DNA of 64,000 nucleotides from Eledone cirrhosa. Taxonomy: Eukaryota. Numbering within the stretch: the first letter of the stretch is position 1; each line of letters opens with the position of its first letter. The position numbers were made by a program, and so were the translations under genes. The stretch is from NCBI GenBank assembly GCA_964016885.1, contig CAXHJY010000973.1, forward strand, positions 124,001 through 188,000, written 5' to 3'. Positions 27,526 through 42,600 of this stretch are shown here, in pieces. The notes under the pieces were generated by a model. The model saw only the letters and a program-made list of their open reading frames with translations. It did no database searches and was not told the DNA's origin.

Positions 27526-27580
27526 CTGGAAGGAGAACAAACAAAAGATGAGACAGTAAAAAGAAAAGAAAGTTAAAGGA
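27526..27580 (-). promoter_or_regulatory. 3' splice site (acceptor) with polypyrimidine tract and candidate branch points
   Basis: Minus strand: TCCTTTAACTTTCTTTTCTTTTTACTGTCTCATCTTTTGTTTGTTCTCCTTCCAG|GAT, with the AG at 27527-27526. Candidate branch motifs are CTCAT (A at 27549) and TTTAAC (~27573). No other AG occurs for about 80 nt upstream. Confidence 0.88.
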
Positions 27581-30500
27581 AGACCAAGAATATGGTGATG
27601 GTAGGACATCTTAACAGTTAAGACCAACAACACAGTGATGGTAGGACATCTTAACAGTTAAGACCAACAACACAGTGATGGTAGGACATCTTAACAGTTA
27701 AGACCAACAACACAGTGATGGTAGGACATCTTAACAGTTAAGACCAACAACACAGTGATGGTAGGACATCTTAACAGTTAAGACCAAAAACACAGTGATG
27801 GTAGGACATCTTAACAGTTAAGACCAACAACACAGTGATGGTAGGACATCTTAACAGTTAAGACCAACAACACAGTGATGGTAGGACATCTTAACAGTTA
27901 AGACCAACAACACAGTGATGGTAGGACATCTTAACAGTTAAGACCAACAACACAGTGATGGTAGGACATCTTAACAGTTAAGACCAACAACACAGTGATG
28001 GTAGGACATCTTAACAGTTAAGACCAACAACACAGTGATGGTAGGTCATCTTAACAGTTAAGACCAACAACACAGTGATGGTAGGACATCTTAACAGTTA
28101 AGACCAACAACACAGTGATGGTAGGTCATCTTAACAGTTAAGACCAACAACACAGTGATGGTAGGACATCTTAACAGTTAAGACCAACAACACAGTGATG
28201 GTAGGACATCTTAACAGTTAAGATCAACAACACAGTGATGGTAGGACATCTTAACAGTTAAGACCAACAACTCAGTGATGGTAGGACATCTTAACAGCTA
28301 AGACCAACACAGTGACGAAGGACATCTTAACAGTTAGGACCAACAACACAGTGATGGAAGGACATCTTAACAGTTAATACCAACAACACAGTGATGGAAG
28401 GACATCTTAACACTTAAGACCAACAACACAGTGATGCTAGGTCATCTTAACAGTTTAGACCAACAGCACAGTGATGGAAGGTCATCTTAACAGTTAAGAC
28501 CAACAACACAGTGTTGGAAGGACATCTTAACAGTTAAGACGAACAGTGATGGTAGGACATCTTAACAGTTAAGACCAACAGCACAGTGATGGAAGGACAT
28601 CTTAACAGTTAAGACTAACAACATAGTGATGGTAACCATCTAAACAGTTAAGACCAACAAGACTGATGTAAGGACATCTTAACAGTTAGGACCAACAACA
28701 CAGTGATGGAAGGACATTTTAATAGTTAAGACCAACAACACTGATGCAAGGACATCTTAACAGTTAGGACCAACAACACAGTGATGGAAGGACATGTTAA
28801 CAGTTAAGACCACCAACAGTGATGGAAGGTCATCTTAACAGTTAAGACCAACAACACAGTGATGGAAGGACATCTTAACAGTCAAGACACAACACAGTGA
28901 TGGAAGGACATCTTAACAGTTAAGACTAACAGCATAGTGATGGTAGGTCATCTTAACAGTTAAGACCACAACACAGTGATGGAAGGACATCTTAACAGTT
29001 AAGACCAACAACACAGTGATGGAAGGACATGTTAACAGTTAAGACCACAACACAGTGATGGAAGGACATCTTAACAGTTAAGACCACAACACAGTGATGG
29101 TAGGACATCTTAACAGTTAAGACCAACAACACAGTGATGGAAGGACATCTTAACAGTTAAGACCAACAACACAGTGATGGTAACCATCTTAACAGTTAAG
29201 ACCAACAAGACTGATGTAAGGACATCTTAACAGTTAAGACCAACAACACAGTGATGGAAGGTCATCTTAACAGTTAAGACCAACAACAGTGATGGAAGGT
29301 CATCTTAACACTTAAGACCAACAACACAGTGATGGTAGGACATCTTAACAGTTAAGACCACAACACAGTGATGGAAGGACATCTTAACAGTTAAGACCAA
29401 CAACACAGTGATGGAAGGACATGTTAACAGTTAAGACCACAACACAGTGATGGAAGGACATCTTAACAGTTAAGACCACAACACAGTGATGGTAGGACAT
29501 CTTAACAGTTAAGACCAACAACACAGTGATGTAAGGACATCTTATCAGTTAAGACCACAACACAGTGATGGAAGGACATCTTAACAGTTAAGACCACAAC
29601 ACAGTGATGGAAGGACATCTTAACAGTTAAGACCACAACACAGTGATGGAAGGACATCTTAACAGTCAAGACCACAACACAGTGATGGAAGGACATCTTA
29701 ACAGTTAAGACCAACAACACAGTGATGGTAGGACATCTTAACAGTCAAGACCAACAACAGTGATGGAAGGACATCTTAACACTTAAGACCAACAACACAG
29801 TGATGGAAGGACATCTTAACAGTTAAGACCAACAACACAGTGATGGAAGGACATGTTAACAGTTAAGACCAACAACAGTGATGGAAGGACATCTTAACAG
29901 TCAAGACCAACAACACAGTGATGGAAGGACATCTTAACACTGAAGACCAACAACACAGTGATGGTAGGACATCTTAACAGTCAAGACCAACAACACAGTG
30001 ATGGTAGGACATCTTAACAGTCAAGACCAACAACACTGATGGAAGGACATCTTAACAGTTAAGACCACCAACAGTGATGGTAGGACATCTTAACAGTTAA
30101 GATCAACAACACAGTGATGGTAGGATATCTTAACAGTTAAGACCAACAACACAGTGATGGAAGGACATCTTAACAATTAAGACCAACAACAGTGATGGTA
30201 GGACATCTTAACATGTAAGACGAACAGTGATGGTAGGACATCTTAACAGTTAAGACCAACAACAGTGATGGTAGGACATCTTAACAGTTAAGACCAACAA
30301 CACAGTGATGGAAGGTCATCTTAACACTTAAGACCAACAACACAGTGATGGAAGGACATCTTAACAGTTAAGACCAACAACACAGTGGTGGTAGGATATC
30401 TTAACAGTTAAGACCAACAACACAGTGGTGGTAGGATATCTTAACAGTTAAGACCAACAACACTGTGATGGAAGGACATCTTAACAGTTAAGACCAACAA

Positions 30501-32646
30501 CAAAGTGATGCAAGGACATCTTAACAGTTAAGACGAACAGTGATGTAAGGACATCTTAACAGTTAAGACCACCAACAGTGATGAAAGGACATCTTAACAG
30601 TGAAGACCAACAACACAGTGATGGTAGGACATTTTAACAGTTAAGACCAACAACAGTGATGGTAGGACATCTTAACAGTTAAGATCAACAACACAGTGAT
30701 GGTAGGACATCTTAACAGTTAAGACCAACAACTCAGTGATGGTAGGACATCTTAACAGTTAGGACCAACAACACAGTGATGGAAGGACATCTTAACAGTT
30801 AATAACAACAACACAGTGATGGAAGGACATCTTAACAGTTAAGACCAACAACACAGTGATGGAAGGACATCTTAACAGTTAAGACCAACAACACAGTGAT
30901 GGAAGGACATCTTAACATTTAAGACCAACAACACAGTGATGCTAGGTCATCTTAACAGTTAAGACCAACAGCACAGTGATGGAAGGTCATCTTAACAGTT
31001 AAGACCAACAACACAGTGTTGGAAGGACATCTTAACAGTTAAGACGAACAGTGATGGTAGGACATCTTAACAGTTAAGACCAACAGCACAGTGATGGAAG
31101 GACATCTTAACAGTTAAGACTAACAACATAGTGATGGTAACCATCTTAACAGTTAAGACCAACAAGACTGATGTAAGGACATTTTAACAGTTAAGACCAA
31201 CAAGACTGATGTAAGGACATTTTAACAGTTAAGACCAACAACACTGATGCAAGGACATCTTAACAGTTAGGACCAACAAAACAGTGATGGAAGGACATCT
31301 TAACAGTTAATACCAACAACACAGTGATGGAAGGACATCTTAACAGTTAAGACCAACAACACAGTGGTGGTAGGATATCTTAACAGTTAAGACCAACAAC
31401 AGAGTGATGGTAGGACATCTTAACAGTCAAGACCAACAACACTGTGATGGAAGGACATCTTAACAGTCAAGACCAACAACACAGTGATGGAAGGTCATCT
31501 TAACAGTTAAGACCAACAACACAGTGGTGGTAGGATATCTTAACAGTTAAGACCAACAACACTGTGATGGAAGGACATCTTAACAGTTAAGACCAACAAC
31601 AAAGTGATGCAAGGACATCTTAACAGTTAAGACGAACAGTGATGTAAGGACATCTTAACAGTTAAGACCACCAACAGTGATGAAAGGACATCTTAACAGT
31701 GAAGACCAACAACACAGTGATGGTAGGACATTTTAACAGTTAAGACCAACAACACAGTGATGGTAGGACATCTTAACAGTTAAGATCAACAACACAGTGA
31801 TGGTAGGACATCTTAACAGTTAAGACCAACAACTCAGTGATGGTAGGACATCTTAACAGTTAGGACCAACAACACAGTGATGGAAGGACATCTAAACAGT
31901 TAATACCAACAACACAGTGATGGAAGGACATCTTAACAGTTAAGACCAACAACACAGTGATGGAAGGACATCTTAACAGTTAAGACCAACAAGACAGTGA
32001 TGGAAGGACGTCTTAACAGTTAAGACCAACAACACGGTGATGGAAGGACATCTTAACACTTAAGACCAACAACACAGTGATGCTAGGTCATCTTAACAGT
32101 TAAGACCAACAGCACAGTGATGGAAGGTCATCTTAACAGTTAAGACCAACAACACAGTGTTGGAAGGACATCTTAACAGTTAAGACGAACAGTGATGGTA
32201 GGACATCTTAACAGTTAAGACCAACAGCACAGTGATGGAAGGACATCTTAACAGTTAAGACTAACAACATAGTGATGGTAACCATCTTAACAGTTAAGAC
32301 CAACAAGACTGATGTAAGGACATTTTAACAGTTAAGACCAACAAGACTGATGTAAGGACATTTTAACAGTTAAGACCAACAAAACAGTGATGGAAGGACA
32401 TCTTAACAGTTAATACCAACAACACAGTGATGGAAGGACATCTTAACAGTTAAGACCAACAACACAGTGATGGAAGGACATCTTAACAGTTAAGACCAAC
32501 AACACAGTGATGGAAGGACGTCTTAACAGTTAAGACCAACAACACAGTGATGGAAGGACATCTCAACACTTAAGACCAACACAGTGATGCTAGGTCATCT
32601 TAACAGTTAAGACCAACAACACAGTGATGGAAGGACATCTTAACAC

Positions 32647-32724
32647 TTAAGATGACCTAGCATCACTGTGTTGTTGGTCTTAACTGTTAAGATGACCTAG
32701 CATCACTGTGTTGTTGGTCTTAAC
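32647..32724 (-). repeat. Two inverted B monomers inside array B (copy 1)
   Basis: TTAAGATGACCTAGCATCACTGTGTTGTTGGTCTTAAC occurs twice and is the reverse complement of the 'GATGCTAGGTCATC' B variant. Both junctions fall in the TCTTAAC/GTTAAGA palindrome. Confidence 0.95.
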
Positions 32725-34690
32725 AGTTAAGACCACCAACAGTGATGGAAGGTCATCTTAACAGTTAAGACCACCAACAGTGATGGAAGGTCATCTTAAC
32801 AGTCAAGACCACAACACAGTGATGGTAGGACATCTTAACAGTTAAGACCAACAAGACTGATGTAAGGACATCTTAACAGTTAAGACCAACAACACAGTGA
32901 TGGTAACCATCTTAACAGTTAAGACCAACAAGACTGATGTAAGGACATCTTAACAGTTAAGACCAGCAACACAGTGATGGTAACCATCTTAACAGTTAAG
33001 ACCAACAAGACTGATGTAAGGACATCTTAACAGTTAAGACCAACAACACAGTGATGGAAGGTCATCTTAACAGTTAAGACCAACAACACAGTGATGGAAG
33101 GACATCTTAACAGTCAAGACCACAACACAGTGATGGAAGGACATCTTAACAGTTAAGACCAACAACACAGTGATGGTAACCATCTTAACAGTTAAGACCA
33201 ACAAGACTGATGTAAGGACATCTTAACAGTTAAGACCAACAACACAGTGATGGAAGGTCATCTTAACAGTTAAGACCAACAACAGTGATGGAAGGTCATC
33301 TTAACACTTAAGACCAACAACACAGTGATGGAAGGACATCTTAACAGTTAAGACCACCAACAGTGATGGAAGGACATCTTAACAGTTAAGACCACAACAC
33401 AGTGATGGAAGGACATCTTAACAGTTAAGACCAACAACACAGTGATGTAAGGACATCTTAACAGTTAAGACCAACAACACAGTGATGGTAGGACATCTTA
33501 ACAGTTAAGACCAACAACACAGTGATGGTAGGACATCTTAACAGTCAAGACCAACAACACAGTGATGGTAGGACATCTTAACAGTTAAGACGAACAACAC
33601 AGTGATGGAAGGACATCTTAACACTTAAGACCAACAACACAGTGATGGAAGGACATCTTAACAGTTAAGACCACCAACAGTGATGGAAGGACATCTTAAC
33701 AGTTAAGACCAACAACACAGTGATGGAAGGACATGTTAACAGTTAATCAAACAACACAGTGATGGAAGGACATCTTAACAGTTAAGACCAACAAAACAGT
33801 GATGGAAGGACATGTTAACAGTTAAGACCAACAACACAGTGATGGAAGGACATCTTAACAGTCAAGACCAACAACACAGTGATGGTAGGACATCTTAACA
33901 CTTAAGACCAACAACACAGTGATGGTAGGACATCTTAACAGTCAAGACCAACAACACAGTGATGGAAGGACATCTAAACAGTTAATACCAACAACACAGT
34001 GATGGAAGGACATCTTAACAGTTAAGACCAACAACACAGTGATGGAAGGACATCTTAACAGTTAAGACCAACAACACAGTGATGGAAGGACGTCTTAACA
34101 GTTAAGACCAACAACACGGTGATGGAAGGACATCTTAACACTTAAGACCAACAACACAGTGATGCTAGGTCATCTTAACAGTTAAGACCAACAGCACAGT
34201 GATGGAAGGTCATCTTAACAGTTAAGACCAACAACACAGTGTTGGAAGGACATCTTAACAGTTAAGACGAACAGTGATGGTAGGACATCTTAACAGTTAA
34301 GACCAACAGCACAGTGATGGAAGGACATCTTAACAGTTAAGACTAACAACATAGTGATGGTAACCATCTTAACAGTTAAGACCAACAAGACTGATGTAAG
34401 GACATTTTAACAGTTAAGACCAACAAAACAGTGATGGAAGGACATCTTAACAGTTAATACCAACAACACAGTGATGGAAGGACATCTTAACAGTTAAGAC
34501 CAACAACACAGTGATGGAAGGACATCTTAACAGTTAAGACCAACAACACAGTGATGGAAGGACGTCTTAACAGTTAAGACCAACAACACAGTGATGGAAG
34601 GACATCTCAACACTTAAGACCAACACAGTGATGCTAGGTCATCTTAACAGTTAAGACCAACAACACAGTGATGGAAGGACATCTTAACAC

Positions 34691-34768
34691 TTAAGATGAC
34701 CTAGCATCACTGTGTTGTTGGTCTTAACTGTTAAGATGACCTAGCATCACTGTGTTGTTGGTCTTAAC
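34691..34768 (-). repeat. Two inverted B monomers inside array B (copy 2)
   Basis: Same sequence and flanks as 32647-32724, offset 2044 bp. Confidence 0.95.
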
Positions 34769-37700
34769 AGTTAAGACCACCAACAGTGATGGAAGGTCAT
34801 CTTAACAGTTAAGACCACCAACAGTGATGGAAGGTCATCTTAACAGTCAAGACCACAACACAGTGATGGTAGGACATCTTAACAGTTAAGACCAACAAGA
34901 CTGATGTAAGGACATCTTAACAGTTAAGACCAACAACACAGTGATGGTAACCATCTTAACAGTTAAGACCAACAAGACTGATGTAAGGACATCTTAACAG
35001 TTAAGACCAACAACACAGTGATGGAAGGTCATCTTAACAGTTAAGACCAACAACACAGTGATGGAAGGACATCTTAACAGTCAAGACCACAACACAGTGA
35101 TGGAAGGACATCTTAACAGTTAAGACCAACAACACAGTGATGGTAACCATCTTAACAGTTAAGACCAACAAGACTGATGTAAGGACATCTTAACAGTTAA
35201 GACCAACAACACAGTGATGGAAGGTCATCTTAACAGTTAAGACCAACAACAGTGATGGAAGGTCATCTTAACACTTAAGACCAACAACACAGTGATGGAA
35301 GGACATCTTAACAGTTAAGACCACCAACAGTGATGGAAGGACATCTTAACAGTTAAGACCACAACACAGTGATGGAAGGACATCTTAACAGTTAAGACCA
35401 ACAACACAGTGATGGAAGGACATCTTAACAGTTAAGACCAACAACACAGTGATGGTAGGACATCTTAACAGTTAAGACCAACAACACAGTGATGGTAGGA
35501 CATCTTAACAGTCAAGACCAACAACACAGTGATGGTAGGACATCTTAACAGTTAAGACGAACAACACAGTGATGGAAGGACATCTTAACACTTAAGACCA
35601 ACAACACAGTGATGGAAGGACATCTTAACAGTTAAGACCACCAACAGTGATGGAAGGACATCTTAACAGTTAAGACCAACAAAACAGTGATGGAAGGACA
35701 TGTTAACAGTTAAGACCAACAACACAGTGATGGAAGGACATCTTAACAGTCAAGACCAACAACACAGTGATGGTAGGACATCTTAACACTTAAGACCAAC
35801 AACACAGTGATGGTAGGACATCTTAACAGTCAAGACCAACAACACAGTGATGGAAGGACATCTTAACAGTTAAGACCAACAACACAGTGATGGTAGGACA
35901 TCTTAACAGTTAAGACCAACAACACTGTGATGGAAGGACATCTTAACAGTTAAGACCAACAACACAGTGATGGTAGGACATCTTAACAGTCAAGACCAAC
36001 AACACAGTGATGGAAGGACATCTTAACAGTTAAGACCAACAACTCAGTGATGGAAGGACATCTTAACAGTCAAGACCAACAACACAGTGATGTTAACCAT
36101 CTTAACAGTTAAGACCAACAAGACTGATGTAAGGACATCTTAACAGTTAAGACCAACAACACAGCGATGCAAGGACATCTTAACAGTTAAGACCAACAAT
36201 ACAGTGATGGTAGGACATCTTAACAGTTAAGACCAACAACACAGTGATGGAAGGACATCTTAACAGTTAAGACCAACAACACAGTGAAGGTAGGACATCT
36301 TAACAGTTAAGACCAGCAACACTGTGATGGTAGGACATCTTAACAGTTAAGAACAACAACACTGATGGAAGGACATCTTAACAGTTAAGACCACCAACAG
36401 TGATGGTAGGACATCTTAACAGTTAAGATCAACAACACAGTGATGGTAGGATATCTTAACAGTTAAGACCAACAACACAGTGATGGAAGGACATCTTAAC
36501 AATTAAGACCAACAACAGTGATGGTAGGACATCTTAACAGTTAAGACCAACAACACAGTGATGGAAGGTCATCTTAACACTTAAGACCAACAACACAGTG
36601 ATGGAAGGACATCTTAACAGTTAAGACCAACAACACAGTGGTGGTAGGATATCTTAACAGTTAAGACCAACAACACTGTGATGGAAGGACATCTTAACAG
36701 TTAAGACCAACAACAAAGTGATGCAAGGACATCTTAACAGTTAAGACGAACAGTGATGTAAGGACATCTTAACAGTTAAGACCACCAACACAGTGATGGT
36801 AGGACATCTTAACAGTTAAGATCAACAACACAGTGATGGTAGGACATCTTAACAGTTAAGACCAACAACTCAGTGATGGTAGGACATCTTAACAGTTAAG
36901 ACCAACAACTCAGTGATGGTAGGACATCTTAACAGTTAAGACCAACAACACAGTGATGGTAGGACATCTTAACAGTTAAGACCAACAACACAGTGATGGT
37001 AGGACATCTTAACAGTTAAGACCAACAACACAGTGATGGTAGGATATCTTAACAGTTAAGACCAACAACTCAGTGATGGTAGGACATCTTAACAGTTAAG
37101 ACCAACACAGTGACGAAGGACATCATAACAGTTAGGACCAACAACACAGTGATGGAAGGACATCTTAACAGTTAATACCAACAACACAGTGATGGAAGGA
37201 CATCTTAACAGTTAAGACCAACAACACAGTGATGGAAGGACATCTTAACAGTTAAGACCAACAACAGTGATGGTAGGACATCTTAACAGTCAAGACCAAC
37301 AACACAGTGATTGTAGGACATCTTAACAGTTAAGACCAACAACATAGTGATGGAAGGACATCTTAACACTTAAGACCAACAACACAGTGATCGAAGGACA
37401 TCTTAACAGTCAAGACCACAACACAGTGATGGAAGGACATCTTAACAGTCAAGACCAACAACACAGTGATGGTAGGACATGTTAACAGTTAAGACCAACA
37501 ACACAGTGATGGTAGGACATCTTAACAGTTAAGACCAACAACACAATGATGGTAGGGCATCTTAACAGTTAAGACCAACAACACTGTGATGGAAGGACAT
37601 CTTAACACTTAAGACCAACAACACAGTGATGGTAGGACATCTTAACAGTTAAGACCAACAACACAGTGATGGAAGGACATCTTAACAGTCAAGACCAACA

Positions 37701-39675
37701 ACACAGTGATGGTAGGACATCTTAACACTTAAGACCAACAACACAGTGATGGTAGGACATCTTAACAGTTAAGACCAACAACACAATGATGGTAGGGCAT
37801 CTTAACAGTTAAGACCAACAACACTGTGATGGAAGGACATCTTAACACTTAAGACCAACAACACAGTGATGGTAGGACATCTTAACAGTTAAGACCAACA
37901 ACACAGTGATGGAAGGACATCTTAACAGTTAAGACCAACAACACAGTGATGGTAGGACATCTTAACAGTTAAGACCAACAACACTGTGATGGAAGGACAT
38001 CTTAACAGTTAAGACCAACAACACAGTGATGGTAGGACATCTTAACAGTCAAGACCAACAACACAGTGATGGAAGGACATCTTAACAGTCAAGACCAACA
38101 ACACAGTGATGGTAGGACATCTTAACACTTAAGACCAACAACACAGTGATGGTAGGACATCTTAACAGTTAAGACCAACAACACAATGATGGTAGGGCAT
38201 CTTAACAGTTAAGACCAACAACACTGATGGAAGGACATCTTAACACTTAAGACCAACAACACAGTGATGGTAGGACATCTTAACAGTTAAGACCAACAAC
38301 ACAGTGATGGAAGGACATCTTAACAGTTAAGACCAACAACACAGTGATGGTAGGACATCTTAACAGTTAAGACCAACAACACTGATGGAAGGACATCTTA
38401 ACAGTTAAGACCAACAACACAGTGATGGTAGGACATCTTAACAGTCAAGACCAACAACACAGTGATGGAAGGACATCTTAACAGTTAAGACCAACAACTC
38501 AGTGATGGAAGGACATCTTAACAGTCAAGACCAACAACACAGTGATGTTAACCATCTTAACAGTTAAGACCAACAAGACTGATGTAAGGACATCTTTACA
38601 GTTAAGACCAACAACACAGCGATGCAAGGACATCTTAACAGTTAAGACCAAAAATACAGTGATGGTAGGACATCTTAACAGTTAAGACCAACAACACAGT
38701 GATGGAAGGACATCTTAACAGTTAAGACCAACAACACAGTGAAGGTAGGACATCTTAACAGTTAAGACCAGCAACACTGTGATGGTAGGACATCTTAACA
38801 GTTAAGAACAACAACACTGATGGAAGGACATCTTAACAGTTAAGATCAACAACACAGTGATGGTAGGATATCTTAACAGTTAAGACCAACAACACAGTGA
38901 TGGAAGGACATCTTAACAATTAAGGCCAACAACAGTGATGGTAGGACATCTTAACAGTTAAGACCAACAACACAGTGATGGAAGGTCATCTTAACACTTA
39001 AGACCAACAACACAGTGATGGAAGGACATCTTAACAGTTAAGACCAACAACACAGTGATGGTAGGACATCTTAACAGTTAAGACCAACAACACTGTGATG
39101 GAAGGACATCTTAACAGTTAAGACCAACAACACAGTGATGGTAGGACATCTTAACAGTCAAGACCAACAACACAGTGATGGAAGGACATCTTAACAGTCA
39201 AGACCAACAACACAGTGATGGTAGGACATCTTAACACTTAAGACCAACAACACAGTGATGGTAGGACATCTTAACAGTTAAGACCAACAACACAGTGGTG
39301 GTAGGATATCTTAACAGTTAAGACCAACAACACTGTGATGGAAGGACATCTTAACAGTTAAGACCAACAACAAAGTGATGCAAGGACATCTTAACAGTTA
39401 AGACGAACAGTGATGTAAGGACATCTTAACAGTTAAGACCACCAACAGTGATGAAAGGACATCTTAACAGTGAAGACCAACAACACAGTGATGGTAGGAC
39501 ATTTTAACAGTTAAGACCAACAACACAGTGATGGTAGGACATCTTAACAGTTAAGATCAACAACACAGTGATGGTAGGACATCTTAACAGTTAAGACCAA
39601 CAACTCAGTGATGGTAGGACATCTTAACAGTTAGGACCAACAACACAGTGATGGAAGGACATCTTAACAGTTAAT

Positions 39676-42600
39676 ACCAACAACACAGTGATGGAAGGAC
39701 ATCTTAACAGTTAAGACCAACAACACAGTGATGGAAGGACATCTTAACAGTTAAGACCAACAACACAGTGATGGAAGGACATCTTAACACTTAAGACCAA
39801 CAACACAGTGATGCTAGGTCATCTTAACAGTTAAGACCAACAGCACAGTGATGGAAGGTCATCTTAACAGTTAAGACCAACAACACAGTGTTGGAAGGAC
39901 ATCTTAACAGTTAAGACGAACAGTGATGGTAGGACATCTTAACAGTTAAGACCAACAGCACAGTGATGGAAGGACATCTTAACAGTTAAGACTAACAACA
40001 TAGTGATGGTAACCATCTTAACAGTTAAGACCAACAAGACTGATGTAAGGACATTTTAACAGTTAAGACCAACAAGACTGATGTAAGGACATTTTAACAG
40101 TTAAGACCAACAAGACTGATGCAAGGACATCTTAACAGTTAGGACCAACAAAACAGTGATGGAAGGACATCTTAACAGTTAATACCAACAACACAGTGAT
40201 GGAAGGACATCTTAACAGTTAAGACCAACAACACAGTGGTGGTAGGATATCTTAACAGTTAAGACCAACAACACAGTGATGGTAGGACATCTTAACAGTC
40301 AAGACCAACAACACTGTGATGGAAGGACATCTTAACAGTCAAGACCAACAACACAGTGATGGAAGGTCATCTTAACAGTTAAGACCAACAACACAGTGGT
40401 GGTAGGATATCTTAACAGTTAAGACCAACAACACTGTGATGGAAGGACATCTTAACAGTTAAGACCAACAACAAAGTGATGCAAGGACATCTTAACAGTT
40501 AAGACGAACAGTGATGTAAGGACATCTTAACAGTTAAGACCACCAACAGTGATGAAAGGACATCTTAACAGTGAAGACCAACAACACAGTGATGGTAGGA
40601 CATTTTAACAGTTAAGACCAACAACACAGTGATGGTAGGACATCTTAACAGTTAAGATCAACAACACAGTGATGGTAGGACATCTTAACAGTTAAGACCA
40701 ACAACTCAGTGATGGTAGGACATCTTAACAGTTAGGACCAACAACACAGTGATGGAAGGACATCTAAACAGTTAATACCAACAACACAGTGATGGAAGGA
40801 CATCTTAACAGTTAAGACCAACAACACAGTGATGGAAGGACATCTTAACAGTTAAGACCAACAACACAGTGATGGAAGGACGTCTTAACAGTTAAGACCA
40901 ACAACACGGTGATGGAAGGACATCTTAACACTTAAGACCAACAACACAGTGATGCTAGGTCATCTTAACAGTTAAGACCAACAGCACAGTGATGGAAGGT
41001 CATCTTAACAGTTAAGACCAACAACACAGTGTTGGAAGGACATCTTAACAGTTAAGACGAACAGTGATGGTAGGACATCTTAACAGTTAAGACCAACAGC
41101 ACAGTGATGGAAGGTCATCTTAACAGTTAAGACCAACAACACAGTGGTGGTAGGATATCTTAACAGTTAAGACCAACAACACTGTGATGGAAGGACATCT
41201 TAACAGTTAAGACCAACAACAAAGTGATGCAAGGACATCTTAACAGTTAAGACGAACAGTGATGTAAGGACATCTTAACAGTTAAGACCACCAACACAGT
41301 GATGGTAGGACATCTTAACAGTTAAGATCAACAACACAGTGATGGTAGGACACCTTAACAGTTAAGACCAACAACTCAGTGATGGTAGGACATCTTAACA
41401 GTTAAGACCAACAACACAGTGATGGTAGGACATCTTAACAGTTAAGACCAACAACTCAGTGATGGTAGGACATCTTAACAGTTAAGACCAACAACACAGT
41501 GATGGTAGGACATCTTAACAGTTAAGACCAACAACACAGTGATGGTAGGACATCTTAACAGTTAAGACCAACAACACAGTGATGGTAGGATATCTTAACA
41601 GTTAAGACCAACAACTCAGTGATGGTAGGACATCTTAACAGTTAAGACCAACACAGTGACGAAGGACATCTTAACAGTTAGGACCAACAACACAGTGATG
41701 GAAGGACATCTTAACAGTTAATACCAACAACACAGTGATGGTAGGACATCTTAACAGTCAAGACCAACAACACAGTGATTGTAGGACATCTTAACAGTTA
41801 AGACCAACAACACAGTGATGGAAGGACATCTTAACAGTCAAGACCACAACACAGTGATGGAAGGACATCTTAACACTTAAGACCAACAACACAGTGATGG
41901 AAGGACATCTTAACAGTCAAGACCACAACACAGTGATGGAAGGACATCTTAACAGTTAAGACCAACAACACAGTGATGGAAGGACATGTTAACAGTTAAG
42001 ACCAACAACACAGTGATGGAAGGACATCTTAACAGTTAAGACCAACAACACAGTGATGGAAGGACATGTTAACAGTTAAGACCAACAACACAGTGATGGA
42101 AGGACATCTTAACAGTCAAGACCAACAACACAGTGATGGTAGGACATCTTAACACTTAAGACCAACAACACAGTGATGGTAGGACATCTTAACAGTCAAG
42201 ACCAACAACACAGTGATGGAAGGACATCTTAACAGTTAAGACCAACAACACAGTGATGGAAGGACATGTTAACAGTTAAGACCAACAACACAGTGATGGA
42301 AGGACATCTTAACAGTCAAGACCAACAACACAGTGATGGTAGGACATCTTAACACTTAAGACCAACAACACAGTGATGGTAGGACATCTTAACAGTTAAG
42401 ACCAACAACACAATGATGGTAGGGCATCTTAACAGTTAAGACCAACAACACTGTGATGGAAGGACATCTTAACACTTAAGACCAACAACACAGTGATGGT
42501 AGGACATCTTAACAGTTAAGACCAACAACACAGTGATGGTAGGACATCTTAACAGTTAAGACCAACAACACATCTTAACAGTTAAGACCAACAACACAGT

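Noticed and set aside
27364-27633. 89-aa ORF as a standalone membrane protein
   Set aside because: The N-terminus comes from repeat B and the polypyrimidine tract (hence Phe/Leu-rich), and the C-terminal VSYQKCW is donor read-through. Only 27388-27525 is plausibly coding.
29502-29720. 72-aa repetitive ORF
   Set aside because: A run of 39-bp B variants that happens to preserve frame; no start context or splice support.
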